DNA of 64,000 nucleotides from a virus. The position numbers were made by a program, and so were the translations under genes. The notes beneath the pieces are model-generated. The model searched no databases and was not told the origin of the DNA. It saw nothing but the letters and a program-made list of their open reading frames with translations. Below are positions 56,109 through 64,000 of this stretch, piece by piece (within the stretch, counting starts at the first letter, position 1; each line of letters starts with the position of its first letter). The stretch lies in the IMG/VR virus record IMGVR_UViG_3300025736_000023, positions 3,694 through 67,693 of that record. One strand, 5' to 3'.

Positions 56109-56530
56109 ACAAGCGACTAGATCAGCTTGTCAAAGTATCCGATTTACTGTTCGAGGCAAGGCAGATTTTAAGACGCTACGACGAAGAGGCTGCTGGCAGG
56201 ACTGAAAAGGACTGGGCACTTGACCAAAGGCAGGCTATAGACGATGTGAGACGAGAGGTTGTGAACCACTGGTCTGCTAACAGGCACCGACTGCAAGCAG
56301 ACACAACGTCACAACCTAACCCCCCTGTGCCCCTTGACGATATGGTAAACAACGTCGTGCCCTGGGTAACGTGGGTAGCATGGAAACGGCAGGTATGGGA
56401 GAGAATATCACTGATTACATGCGGGCAAGTAGACGAGGTAGGTATACCAGAGTCGATCTTAGCACGCTGGTTCGGAAAAGGTGTTTGCGTATACTGTGCC
56501 GCCCAACTAGCTTTGGAATGGCCGTTCTAG
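56105..56530 (+). CDS. Early hypothetical protein
   Basis: ATGA overlap. Confidence 0.6.
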   Translation: MNKRLDQLVKVSDLLFEARQILRRYDEEAAGRTEKDWALDQRQAIDDVRREVVNHWSANRHRLQADTTSQPNPPVPLDDMVNNVVPWVTWVAWKRQVWERISLITCGQVDEVGIPESILARWFGKGVCVYCAAQLALEWPF

Positions 56531-56603
56531 GCATAAATGCCTAGATCGAAATAGGCATTTATGCGGATGCGCACGGTGCAAAATTGTGCTATGCTGTTAG
56601 TGC
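56527..56603 (+). promoter_or_regulatory. Early operator/promoter cassette, copy 4
   Basis: TAGGCATAAATGCCTA..TAGGCATTTATGCGGATGCGC-N17-TATGCT GTTAGTGC. Confidence 0.7.
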
Positions 56604-56646
56604 GCCGGTAAACTAACTCACTATTACTACACTATGGAGACTACAA

Positions 56647-56994
56647 ATGACTTTCAAAGAATGGATCATAGCTACCTTGGGGCCACAAGGCTCAGATGAT
56701 GGTACGGGACATCTTGATGATCTGGCAACACTTGGAGCTACAAATGGGTTTGCTGGTATCACCATGTACAGTGATACTACCAAGCTGTACAACGAGTATG
56801 AGAGTGAACTATGGGAGATGCTAAAGCATATGGCTCAAGAAATGGGCTACCCTAGTGTGCTTAATCTCCTGGTAACGACTGTTAGTGGGTACGATATTGA
56901 AACCCATTGGCAATTCAAGAATCTAGTGATATGGATCTGTGCAGAAAAGATCGCCGCTGACTACTGTGATAACCGTGGACCTCGGCCTTGGTGA
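56647..56994 (+). CDS. Conserved acidic phage protein
   Basis: G...GF.G...Y.DT..LY...E.E.W...KN...W...E motif. Confidence 0.65.
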   Translation: MTFKEWIIATLGPQGSDDGTGHLDDLATLGATNGFAGITMYSDTTKLYNEYESELWEMLKHMAQEMGYPSVLNLLVTTVSGYDIETHWQFKNLVIWICAEKIAADYCDNRGPRPW

Positions 56995-57016
56995 TTGAAA
57001 TATAAAGGAGACTAAC

Positions 57017-57448
57017 ATGAGACCTGGTGAGCATGAATACTTGTTGCGCGTGCGGTGTCTGAACGAAATGTGCAACGCGGAAGCTACTGCTATTATTGCT
57101 AGTGAGGTTAGAAATCGTAGTGACATTCTGTACCGCGAGGGGTGGACTCGCCTGCACAGTAGGGGCTGGTTGTGTCCCACGTGTAGTGAGGCAATTGTGA
57201 GCTACAATCACGAGGCCCTAGCCCAACTTGTTAAGGCTGCAAGAGAGCTGACAAGATGGCCCACCTTGCATCAAGGACCAGCATCAGGCGGCTGGTATTG
57301 TACTAAATGTAAGGCTCAGGTTGCTGACGACGTGGGTATTAACTGGTTGGGTGATGAAAACAATCATGATGAACTCTGCCCTTGGCGTCTAGCTAAAGAG
57401 GCGCTTGCTAACCTAGATAATCCTGGTTACTCTACCAAAGGAGACTAG
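57017..57448 (+). CDS. Zn-binding early protein (family E C-terminus)
   Basis: Multiple CxxC motifs; AAGGAG RBS. Confidence 0.65.
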   Translation: MRPGEHEYLLRVRCLNEMCNAEATAIIASEVRNRSDILYREGWTRLHSRGWLCPTCSEAIVSYNHEALAQLVKAARELTRWPTLHQGPASGGWYCTKCKAQVADDVGINWLGDENNHDELCPWRLAKEALANLDNPGYSTKGD

Positions 57449-57449
57449 C

Positions 57450-57668
57450 ATGAGACCTGACGAATCAATTAACTACTTGCAAGCGGCCATAAACTCTGTT
57501 GAAGCGCTTGGGTACTATGCGAACAAAGGCGCTGAGGAATACGCACAGAAAGCACAAGAAGAGGCCAAGTGTTATGCCCTAGTCTCAATTGCTCAGTCAT
57601 TAGCGACGCTGGCAGAGGCCGCGTCATGGGATATAGAGGAAAGGAAACGTACTGCAAATGGGGCTTAA
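57450..57668 (+). CDS. Hypothetical protein
   Basis: RBS; ALVSIA.SL motif. Confidence 0.6.
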   Translation: MRPDESINYLQAAINSVEALGYYANKGAEEYAQKAQEEAKCYALVSIAQSLATLAEAASWDIEERKRTANGA

Positions 57669-57692
57669 TTTGATTTGGGCAAGGAGACTAGC

Positions 57693-57968
57693 ATGAAGGT
57701 TATTACAAATGGACACAGCAGACCATTACTCACGTTGCAAGAGCTCCCGCTTACAAAGCAAAGATTATATGATGACACTTGCTATAAGGGACCAGAGTTT
57801 GTAAAGTACAAGGGCACATACTATCCTATCTCATGGTTGATAGATGTAACCTTTGAACCACAATATCAAGGTTGGGATGCTTTTATGATATTGGGAGATT
57901 TTACTGTCATGTTGCTAAAAGATGATCCCATTGATTGTGACCACGTGATCATGGGAAGGACTAATTGA
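57693..57968 (+). CDS. Hypothetical protein
   Basis: AAGGAG RBS; ITN.H.R.L...EL...F..YKG..Y...GWD. Confidence 0.65.
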   Translation: MKVITNGHSRPLLTLQELPLTKQRLYDDTCYKGPEFVKYKGTYYPISWLIDVTFEPQYQGWDAFMILGDFTVMLLKDDPIDCDHVIMGRTN

Positions 57969-57969
57969 C

Positions 57970-58176
57970 ATGAGCTTGTATGACTATCTGATCTCTCAGA
58001 TCATCGCGGCCCATGATTACCCATTCTACGCTTTGATCATGGCGGCTATGCGCAAAGCAGACACTCATAACACGATCCGCCTCAAGTCAGTGTTTCCTAA
58101 CACTTGGCAGGAACTCCAAGATAGATACAATGCACCTGCTGGACGCTTGCCAGGTGAGCTCACAAACGATGACTGA
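57970..58176 (+). CDS. Conserved small phage protein
   Basis: FYALIMAAMRKADT.N..RL...FP....EL..RYNAP. Confidence 0.7.
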   Translation: MSLYDYLISQIIAAHDYPFYALIMAAMRKADTHNTIRLKSVFPNTWQELQDRYNAPAGRLPGELTNDD

Positions 58177-58420
58177 TCCAGACCGTATGTATATCGGTAT
58201 TGGAGATTGTGAGTCACTACCGATCACGGCGGCAGGTGTCCAGATAGGAGACCTTATCGCCAGTACCCTAGACTGGCGAATAGGAGGCAAAGTCATTAGT
58301 GTTGGCACGATTTTTCACAATCCACTGATCGTGTGGATAGTGGAGACTCACAGGGGCAAGCAAGAGCTTATTTTTGAAGGCAACGCCCGTGTTCCTGGGC
58401 TACCTGGTATAGAGTTTTAG
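58169..58420 (+). CDS. Hypothetical protein
   Basis: Overlapping start. Confidence 0.55.
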   Translation: MTDPDRMYIGIGDCESLPITAAGVQIGDLIASTLDWRIGGKVISVGTIFHNPLIVWIVETHRGKQELIFEGNARVPGLPGIEF

Positions 58421-58428
58421 GGGGTACT

Positions 58429-59226
58429 ATGACACTCAAACCGATTAAAGGCACGTTCGAGAGAGTAATTATCAAAGAATATTGCGACAATTTTCCCGAT
58501 CTCCCGCACACCTATAGCCAAGTACCTAGCCGACAGACACAAGAGGCTAGGATTTACGCCGAACACTTTGCAGTATACAAAAGAGATGAAAGAGCCTCTG
58601 ACTGGCAGTGGGAACTTTACCACGCTCCGACCGGATGCCCCCTGACAGCTTGTGGCCGCTTGAAAGATTGTGTTGCTGTAATCAAAGCCTTACTTGAAAT
58701 AGACCTTCCATGGGAGGAGCCTGATAGGGAAAACTGGGAGACGCTAAACAAGGAACGGCCTCACCTGCACACTGCTTTTAGGGATGCACTCGAAGTTAAG
58801 GCTCCCGCTGGGCCTAGCCGTGGGCATATACGAAAGGTTCCTGCGGCCTATGGGACTTTGGCGTCTGCAATGGAAAACCACAATTCCTACTGTCCATACG
58901 CTCAAGCCTACAAATCATTATGGGAGCAAGACCCCTTTCACATTATAACAATAGCTACAATCAGAGAGCGCATACGCTTTGAAATTGCGGAGGAGCTGAT
59001 TGACGCTGCTTACTCTGCTCAGGAAGCATACGATGACATTATGAACTATCCTTGCAACGGTGTCTACTGCCTGAGGATGGGTACGCCTCTAAATGGCAGA
59101 GCGCAACGAGCGATTATGCACTGGGCGAAGGCACACGGTATGATACAGCCGACTGCAACTGGCGGTAACGAAACGGGCAAAGTAGCAAAAAACATAGCCG
59201 CTCATAACGTTCAACTTGACAGTTAA
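58429..59226 (+). CDS. Early protein, N-half paralog family D
   Basis: IKGTF...QEA.I....FAVYK...W...H.PTG. Confidence 0.65.
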   Translation: MTLKPIKGTFERVIIKEYCDNFPDLPHTYSQVPSRQTQEARIYAEHFAVYKRDERASDWQWELYHAPTGCPLTACGRLKDCVAVIKALLEIDLPWEEPDRENWETLNKERPHLHTAFRDALEVKAPAGPSRGHIRKVPAAYGTLASAMENHNSYCPYAQAYKSLWEQDPFHIITIATIRERIRFEIAEELIDAAYSAQEAYDDIMNYPCNGVYCLRMGTPLNGRAQRAIMHWAKAHGMIQPTATGGNETGKVAKNIAAHNVQLDS

Positions 59227-59514
59227 AAGGCGCTTATAACGTGCCAAGTGGCAGACGAAACGGCGCTGGGGGACTCTCTAAGCTGATATAAGTGGTAAAG
59301 TAGGGCTGTAATGGGTAAACTCGTTTCACTTTGTTATATCGCAATATACCAGTATAAAATGCACGTAGACTGCAACGCACAGGGTGGCTTTTTAGAACCC
59401 GCACACTTTAGAAGCTCAAACCCTATACAGCTATACCCTTTGCGCACAGCGCGCCGCTAGGAGCATCCTAGAGCCGTTTGCGATTTTAGCACTAAAAGGA
59501 GACAGATACAGACA

Positions 59515-59658
59515 ATGATTGATCAAAGTGTACTTGACTGGATCAAGGAGCTGGAAGATCGCCTGGAAAAGACACTGGAAATAGTAGCAACTCTTACTGA
59601 GGTAGTTGAAACGCTGGCACAGTCAGTGTACCTATGGGATCAGCATAGTGGAGTGTAA
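59515..59658 (+). CDS. 47-aa coiled-coil peptide (missed by the track)
   Basis: AAGGAG upstream; MIDQSVLDWIKELEDRLEK... Confidence 0.45.
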   Translation: MIDQSVLDWIKELEDRLEKTLEIVATLTEVVETLAQSVYLWDQHSGV

Positions 59659-59659
59659 A

Positions 59660-60106
59660 ATGACAACCAACAGACTGACTGCGAACATTGAGCTGGATTA
59701 CAACTGCCTGGATGTACGGAATGCTGCGATGTATTCGGGCATTGGGGCAATGCAGCTACGTAAGTACATCCGTGCGGGGGTGTTACCTGGGTCGCTGCGT
59801 GCTCCAGTAGACAATCCTACAGGTCATCTGAAGTATTGGATAAGCATAGACGATCTAGATGTGTTTGTCGCCGCCCGAAAAGCACGTAAGATCAGTAGAG
59901 GTATATCGGTGCGCTTCAGGGGCCGAATATGCTATAAGGCGCAACGCATTAAGGGCGTTATTTCTATGCTCAGAAAGTCTGAGGTAGCACAAGCACTCCC
60001 TGCCAGCTCTAGTACAACTATAGCGTTACTCACTGACTTGGTTGCAGAGCTAATGTCCGAACATATTGAGCGGGTTGCAAAGGAGATATCAGATGAACAG
60101 GCGTGA
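59660..60106 (+). CDS. MerR/excisionase-like HTH protein
   Basis: LDVRNAAMYSGI....LRKYIRAG.L...YWI...DL. Confidence 0.6.
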   Translation: MTTNRLTANIELDYNCLDVRNAAMYSGIGAMQLRKYIRAGVLPGSLRAPVDNPTGHLKYWISIDDLDVFVAARKARKISRGISVRFRGRICYKAQRIKGVISMLRKSEVAQALPASSSTTIALLTDLVAELMSEHIERVAKEISDEQA

Positions 60107-60452
60107 TTGGGCTGCGCAATTAGCGCAAAATGGTGTCGTAACAGTGTTGCAGGTGGTACGAAAGCCGAATGTTTGCGTGGGTGTGCGATGTGGTGCTTGG
60201 GAGGGTGTACGCTACCTAAAAGTTCGGGGCTTCGGGTTCGCGAAGTACAACCCGAATGATATAGGGACCCTCCCATGGAACAGCCAGTTGGGGATCAACA
60301 AGGCTAGCGGGCGTGCGTTGGCAGACTTGGCAGAGCGCTTGGCTGCAGTAGATTACGTAGTAGCGGAGACGCATAAGCAGGAGTATGCTCACCTGCATCC
60401 CGGATACGCAGTTCCGCCAAGTCAAGGCAAAACGGTGGTTGGCCATGAGTGA
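60093..60452 (+). CDS. Hypothetical protein
   Basis: GFAK.NP.D....N...G...A.GRA motif. Confidence 0.6.
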   Translation: MNRRDWAAQLAQNGVVTVLQVVRKPNVCVGVRCGAWEGVRYLKVRGFGFAKYNPNDIGTLPWNSQLGINKASGRALADLAERLAAVDYVVAETHKQEYAHLHPGYAVPPSQGKTVVGHE

Positions 60453-60822
60453 GAATCTAAAACCATGCCCCTGCTGTGGGGGACCAGCAATAAAAAGCCT
60501 GGCCTCCCGAGACAACCATGTGTTTTGCCATTATTGTGGCCTACGTACAAAGGGCTATAAGGCCATAGAGGATGCTATTGCTGATTGGCAGGAACGAACC
60601 GATGATCCGCTGCTAGACACGCTGTGGGCTGTAGTACACGCTGTGTGTAATAGTACAGACGTGTCAAGTGGAATAACCAGGGCTCGTGAGGGTGCGAGGG
60701 GCGAGATGGCAGCAGGTGATGATGAGGGCTGGCTCTACATGAGTGCTATAGCCGATGCTCTTGAGGGCCTAGAGAAAGCGGCGCCGGAGCCGGTAACGCG
60801 CCGGTGGGGACTAGATTTGTAG
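60445..60822 (+). CDS. Lar-like (restriction alleviation) Zn-finger protein
   Basis: LKPCPCCGG...V.C..CG......AI..W..R. Confidence 0.65.
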   Translation: MSENLKPCPCCGGPAIKSLASRDNHVFCHYCGLRTKGYKAIEDAIADWQERTDDPLLDTLWAVVHAVCNSTDVSSGITRAREGARGEMAAGDDEGWLYMSAIADALEGLEKAAPEPVTRRWGLDL

Positions 60823-60867
60823 ACTCAACACTTAGCTACTGACTAACGTATAATAGGGGGTAAACAC

Positions 60868-61173
60868 ATGAAAGTACGTAACAGACTGTTGAAGAAGACA
60901 GAGTACAAGGGGCGACTAACTGAGGCACGTGATGCTCTATGCCCATGTAGATCATGCTACAACGCGCATGACTGTGGGCGCACCCACACCACTGGAAAGT
61001 GGGTCGCACGGATGTATTGTGCAACGAATTGGAATAACGGTTGCCCTAGTCCTCTACCAGAACCACAACATGTTGTGCTCTCTAGACGTTCTAGGGTATG
61101 CAGGCGCTGTGGTGCTCAACTAACACGTGAGCAAGTAAAAGTGGCAAGACTACTAGAGGAGACAGTGACATGA
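60868..61173 (+). CDS. Cys-rich protein
   Basis: Multiple Cys/His residues; RBS. Confidence 0.6.
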   Translation: MKVRNRLLKKTEYKGRLTEARDALCPCRSCYNAHDCGRTHTTGKWVARMYCATNWNNGCPSPLPEPQHVVLSRRSRVCRRCGAQLTREQVKVARLLEETVT

Positions 61174-61424
61174 GTTGGGTATTCAATGCGCCTGGCGAAT
61201 CCATCAAGCAAGCCAATCTTGCTGAGGGCTACACGGTTGGAAGACCGAAGCCGGTTGGAAAAACAACGGAGAAGTACGAAGAGATGGGCTGGGTAGGAGT
61301 GTACTACGAGCTCAAACGCAACCCTGATGCTGGAAGTATGAGCTTGGCTGTATTTTTAGTGGGTGTATTTGGTATGCTAATCGCAGCAGCAGCAGTAGTG
61401 GGCCTATGGTACTGGTTGGGATGA
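61170..61424 (+). CDS. C-terminally anchored membrane protein
   Basis: Hydrophobic tail; ATGA overlap. Confidence 0.6.
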   Translation: MSWVFNAPGESIKQANLAEGYTVGRPKPVGKTTEKYEEMGWVGVYYELKRNPDAGSMSLAVFLVGVFGMLIAAAAVVGLWYWLG

Positions 61425-61455
61425 TAGACGGTGTTGCGACGAAAGGAGAACAGAC

Positions 61456-61839
61456 ATGAAGCTTCTAGACGTAGTGTTGCTCGACGAAACAACTCCCATG
61501 TCCGGTCGAGAAGCATGGGAATTATGTAAAGCAGTGCAACACGGCAGTGCTTATGGCCTGGCCGTGTATGCCTTTGCTGAAAAGTGGGCCGACCTCATGG
61601 AGGCCGAAATTGCCCAGCATGGATTTGCTAACCTGGGCGATTTTGCAGACGCAACGAGTCATGAGGCTGATACAGAAGGAATTACCGGTTATATGTATGG
61701 CTGTGCGGTGCGTGATCTCTCCCACATGTGGGCATACGGTTGTGTCTTGCGGCTGTGGCACAACGCCAAGTATGGCGAGAGCGGCGAACAAGCCCAACAA
61801 GCTGGCGGCGTAATAAATCCTGCGATACTCGTTATATAG
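61456..61839 (+). CDS. Conserved phage hypothetical protein
   Basis: WA.LME...AD.EGITG.MYG.AV..L...W.YG..LR.WHN. Confidence 0.7.
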   Translation: MKLLDVVLLDETTPMSGREAWELCKAVQHGSAYGLAVYAFAEKWADLMEAEIAQHGFANLGDFADATSHEADTEGITGYMYGCAVRDLSHMWAYGCVLRLWHNAKYGESGEQAQQAGGVINPAILVI

Positions 61840-61864
61840 AAAAGCAGGCAGACATGAGACAGCG

Positions 61865-61976
61865 GCTACAACGTTGTAGCTTGTCTATAGTTTCACGCGG
61901 AGGCTGTCTAAACCTACAATCGAATAGCACTCTGCCCTGAGAGACGCGATAGCGCGGAGTCGTCTCGCGTCTCTCA
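61865..61976 (+). promoter_or_regulatory. Palindrome + promoter + leader hairpin
   Basis: GCTACAACGTTGTAGC; TTCACG-N17-TACAAT; tgagagacgcga..tcgcgtctctca. Confidence 0.45.
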
Positions 61977-62007
61977 AACTCCCCGTGCTATTGGAAGGAG
62001 ACGGTTC

Positions 62008-62325
62008 GTGTCAGGTGTTTGTAAGCTTTTTATAAATGATTCCTGCTTCTGTGCCTCCGGTGAGTGTCCAGACGAAAAGGACATACCCGCTGGTTGCACA
62101 GGGGGGTGCATGGTAGAGAGTAGGCTAGGGCATACCACGTGGACGCCTACTCTGAGTATATGTCCAGAACGCTGTCCATTATCTGACAATTGCCCCTGTG
62201 CCCATCCCGCTGATGCGAGACGACGAGAGGCGTTTGACGCTTGGCTAGAGCGAAAGAAACACAGAAAGGCGGTAGCTAAGGCTGAAAAAAGACCCAGAAA
62301 ACGAGACAGACGTGAATACGATTAA
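62008..62325 (+). CDS. Cys-rich protein with a basic tail
   Basis: GGAAGGAG RBS, GTG start. Confidence 0.55.
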   Translation: MSGVCKLFINDSCFCASGECPDEKDIPAGCTGGCMVESRLGHTTWTPTLSICPERCPLSDNCPCAHPADARRREAFDAWLERKKHRKAVAKAEKRPRKRDRREYD

Positions 62326-62337
62326 AGGAGAATATAG

Positions 62338-62622
62338 ATGTTTAAGAAACCGTTTTTGCCGATAACGCTGACATATATTGTGCTTGTAGTAGCTATCGTG
62401 CTGTTTACAGGTTATGCAATTCTGCCTGTAGCAACTAAAGATAGCGACACAGCAGCACAAGTACCCACAGCAGAAGCATCATATGTGGGTGATCGCGTCG
62501 TTTTAGCGAGTGGGTTTCACTATCTGATACGAACCATTGATTGGGAAATGGGCATAGTTTGCTATGAGGGACCGGACAACATCCGCTGCTTCCTAATCTC
62601 TGAGACTCACTTGGCTAAGTAG
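62338..62622 (+). CDS. Membrane-anchored protein related to 48170-48451
   Basis: N-terminal TM; R.IDW..G.VCY....C..I. Confidence 0.6.
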   Translation: MFKKPFLPITLTYIVLVVAIVLFTGYAILPVATKDSDTAAQVPTAEASYVGDRVVLASGFHYLIRTIDWEMGIVCYEGPDNIRCFLISETHLAK

Positions 62623-62628
62623 GAGCAT

Positions 62629-63054
62629 ATGAAAATTACAGTTACCTTTGAGAAAAACGAACCTGAAGCTGCAGCGGGCTATGATGGTCCCCGATGGAAG
62701 GACATAGATGGGCGAGTAGTAGCTCTCCCTGATCTGAATGATTCGCACCTGTTGGCCGTTTTTGGCTGCCTGAATAAGCAGATATATTCGATTCAGAAGC
62801 TGACACAGTACTATTATAGCCCACTTTTTGACCTCCAAGGTGCCGCCTCCGACGCTGCTAGTCTAGAAATGGATTCACTATGGAGCCACCAGTTTGACTG
62901 CCAGATGATGCGGATGTTAATCACTGCAGAAATTGAGCACAGGGGGCTTACGGTTCCTGAACGGTTACTACCACCGCGTCCTTCAGGATACGTGATAGGG
63001 GAGACTATTACTTATGATGAAGTCTTTGCACGAGCCGATAGAAGTGATGGATAG
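62629..63054 (+). CDS. Hypothetical protein
   Basis: W...DGR.....L.D.HL motif; AGGAG RBS. Confidence 0.65.
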   Translation: MKITVTFEKNEPEAAAGYDGPRWKDIDGRVVALPDLNDSHLLAVFGCLNKQIYSIQKLTQYYYSPLFDLQGAASDAASLEMDSLWSHQFDCQMMRMLITAEIEHRGLTVPERLLPPRPSGYVIGETITYDEVFARADRSDG

Positions 63055-63084
63055 AGCGGGCATTTAAGGAGTGAGAATAGACTA

Positions 63085-63345
63085 ATGAGAATTAAACCAA
63101 CACCAGATAGACAACTTGATCCACCCGAGCCAGAGCCGGTTCAGCGCAGAGAGTGGGACAGCGCCTTTCGTTATCAATGGTATTCGTTCCAGAACGATGC
63201 AGATGCTTGGGGCATTAACCTTGGTTCTGCCGAGGAAGCGGCTGACTTTTCGTGGGAGAATGATGGCTTTGAACAAGCTGGAGACGATGCTGCCAGACAG
63301 GAATTGCTATCTCGATTCGATTGTATTTGCTCAAGGGAGGGTTAA
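63085..63345 (+). CDS. Acidic hypothetical protein
   Basis: LDPPE motif; RBS. Confidence 0.6.
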   Translation: MRIKPTPDRQLDPPEPEPVQRREWDSAFRYQWYSFQNDADAWGINLGSAEEAADFSWENDGFEQAGDDAARQELLSRFDCICSREG

Positions 63346-63501
63346 ATGAGCATTCCATTCATTCAGTATTTGCGGCCTGATGGTAGGAAACGAGAAATGG
63401 CGTTTGCAACTAACGAGGCAAATGAGTATTGGTATGAATATTATGGCCGTATCGCCGACGCCCTGGTAGCACTGACTGAGGGGGTGCCTGATGAAGAGTA
63501 G
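63346..63501 (+). CDS. 51-aa protein (missed by the track)
   Basis: GGAGG RBS; MSIPFIQYLRPDGRKR. Confidence 0.55.
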   Translation: MSIPFIQYLRPDGRKREMAFATNEANEYWYEYYGRIADALVALTEGVPDEE

Positions 63502-63691
63502 TGATGTGGTGCGCACGCTCAAGAAAGCGCGTGCCGAACAGATCAGCGTGACGAGGGACGTTGTTGTAGTCCTCCATGACCTATGTGATGGATTCTCAGG
63601 TTCGTGTGCAGTTTGGAAAGAGTTCGCTGGCCTGCTAGAAGATGTGCTGATCCGTAAGATCGAGGAGGTTCCCGATGACAGCGAAGGATAG
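63491..63691 (+). CDS. Hypothetical protein
   Basis: Overlapping translational coupling. Confidence 0.55.
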   Translation: MKSSDVVRTLKKARAEQISVTRDVVVVLHDLCDGFSGSCAVWKEFAGLLEDVLIRKIEEVPDDSEG

Positions 63692-64000
63692 ACGGTGGAA
63701 ATTTCTGCATAGTGGAAAAGAGGAGTTACTGGACGGAACCGTTTTCAGTCCAGGCTCGCTTTCCTGGTTGGACGTGCAAGAGATGGTTTGGAATCACAAC
63801 GAGGACTGCGACGCATACGAGGCCGAGATCGACCGTCTTATGCCGCTGGCGCGGGTCGCGTGGGTGCGGCTGCTGCGCTTGGGCATAGTGCTCAAGGATA
63901 TTACTCGATTAGCGGACACACATGACCCAGGCCGTGAACAATGGCTGCTTGATGCAATCTGTAACAAAGCCTGGGAAGGAATAAGGGAAATCATGGAGGA
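63675..64000 (+). CDS. Hypothetical protein, runs off the window
   Basis: GAGGAGG RBS, MTAKDRRWKF..., frame open to the edge. Confidence 0.5.
   Translation, partial: MTAKDRRWKFLHSGKEELLDGTVFSPGSLSWLDVQEMVWNHNEDCDAYEAEIDRLMPLARVAWVRLLRLGIVLKDITRLADTHDPGREQWLLDAICNKAWEGIREIME

Noticed and set aside
1-64000. Genome-wide TAG stop-codon reassignment
   Set aside because: Long conserved genes are intact under the standard code and many end cleanly at TAG immediately before the next start

Overview
The window is most of a tailed dsDNA phage genome, probably linearised arbitrarily; no integrase or repressor was recognised. It has three blocks. (1) 1-9.3 kb, + strand, replication and recombination: AAA_24/Sak4-like ATPase, DUF669-type SSB, RepB-type primase-helicase, UDG-3'5'exo-PolA fusion, RuvC-like resolvase and SNF2 helicase. 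(2) 9.4-49.1 kb, - strand, one long late operon: terminase, T4 gp20-like portal and gp23-like capsid, a sheathless tail with a 1768-aa tape measure, beta-propeller repeat fibres and a lysis cassette with a clan GH-A hydrolase. A glycan-synthesis kit is interleaved with the head genes: six glycosyltransferase genes (seven GT domains), a VioA/VioB-like aminotransferase/acetyltransferase pair and two methyltransferase domains. (3) 49.3-64 kb, + strand, small early genes with repeated operator/promoter cassettes, several paralog pairs and an iteron-bearing AT-rich origin-like region. The most notable candidates are a virion glycosylation system coupled to Ser-rich propeller fibres with hypervariable loops, and a double T-loop, tRNA-minihelix-like RNA at the head of the late transcript. 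All family assignments come from motif recognition by eye, not database searches; the host cannot be determined from this window.
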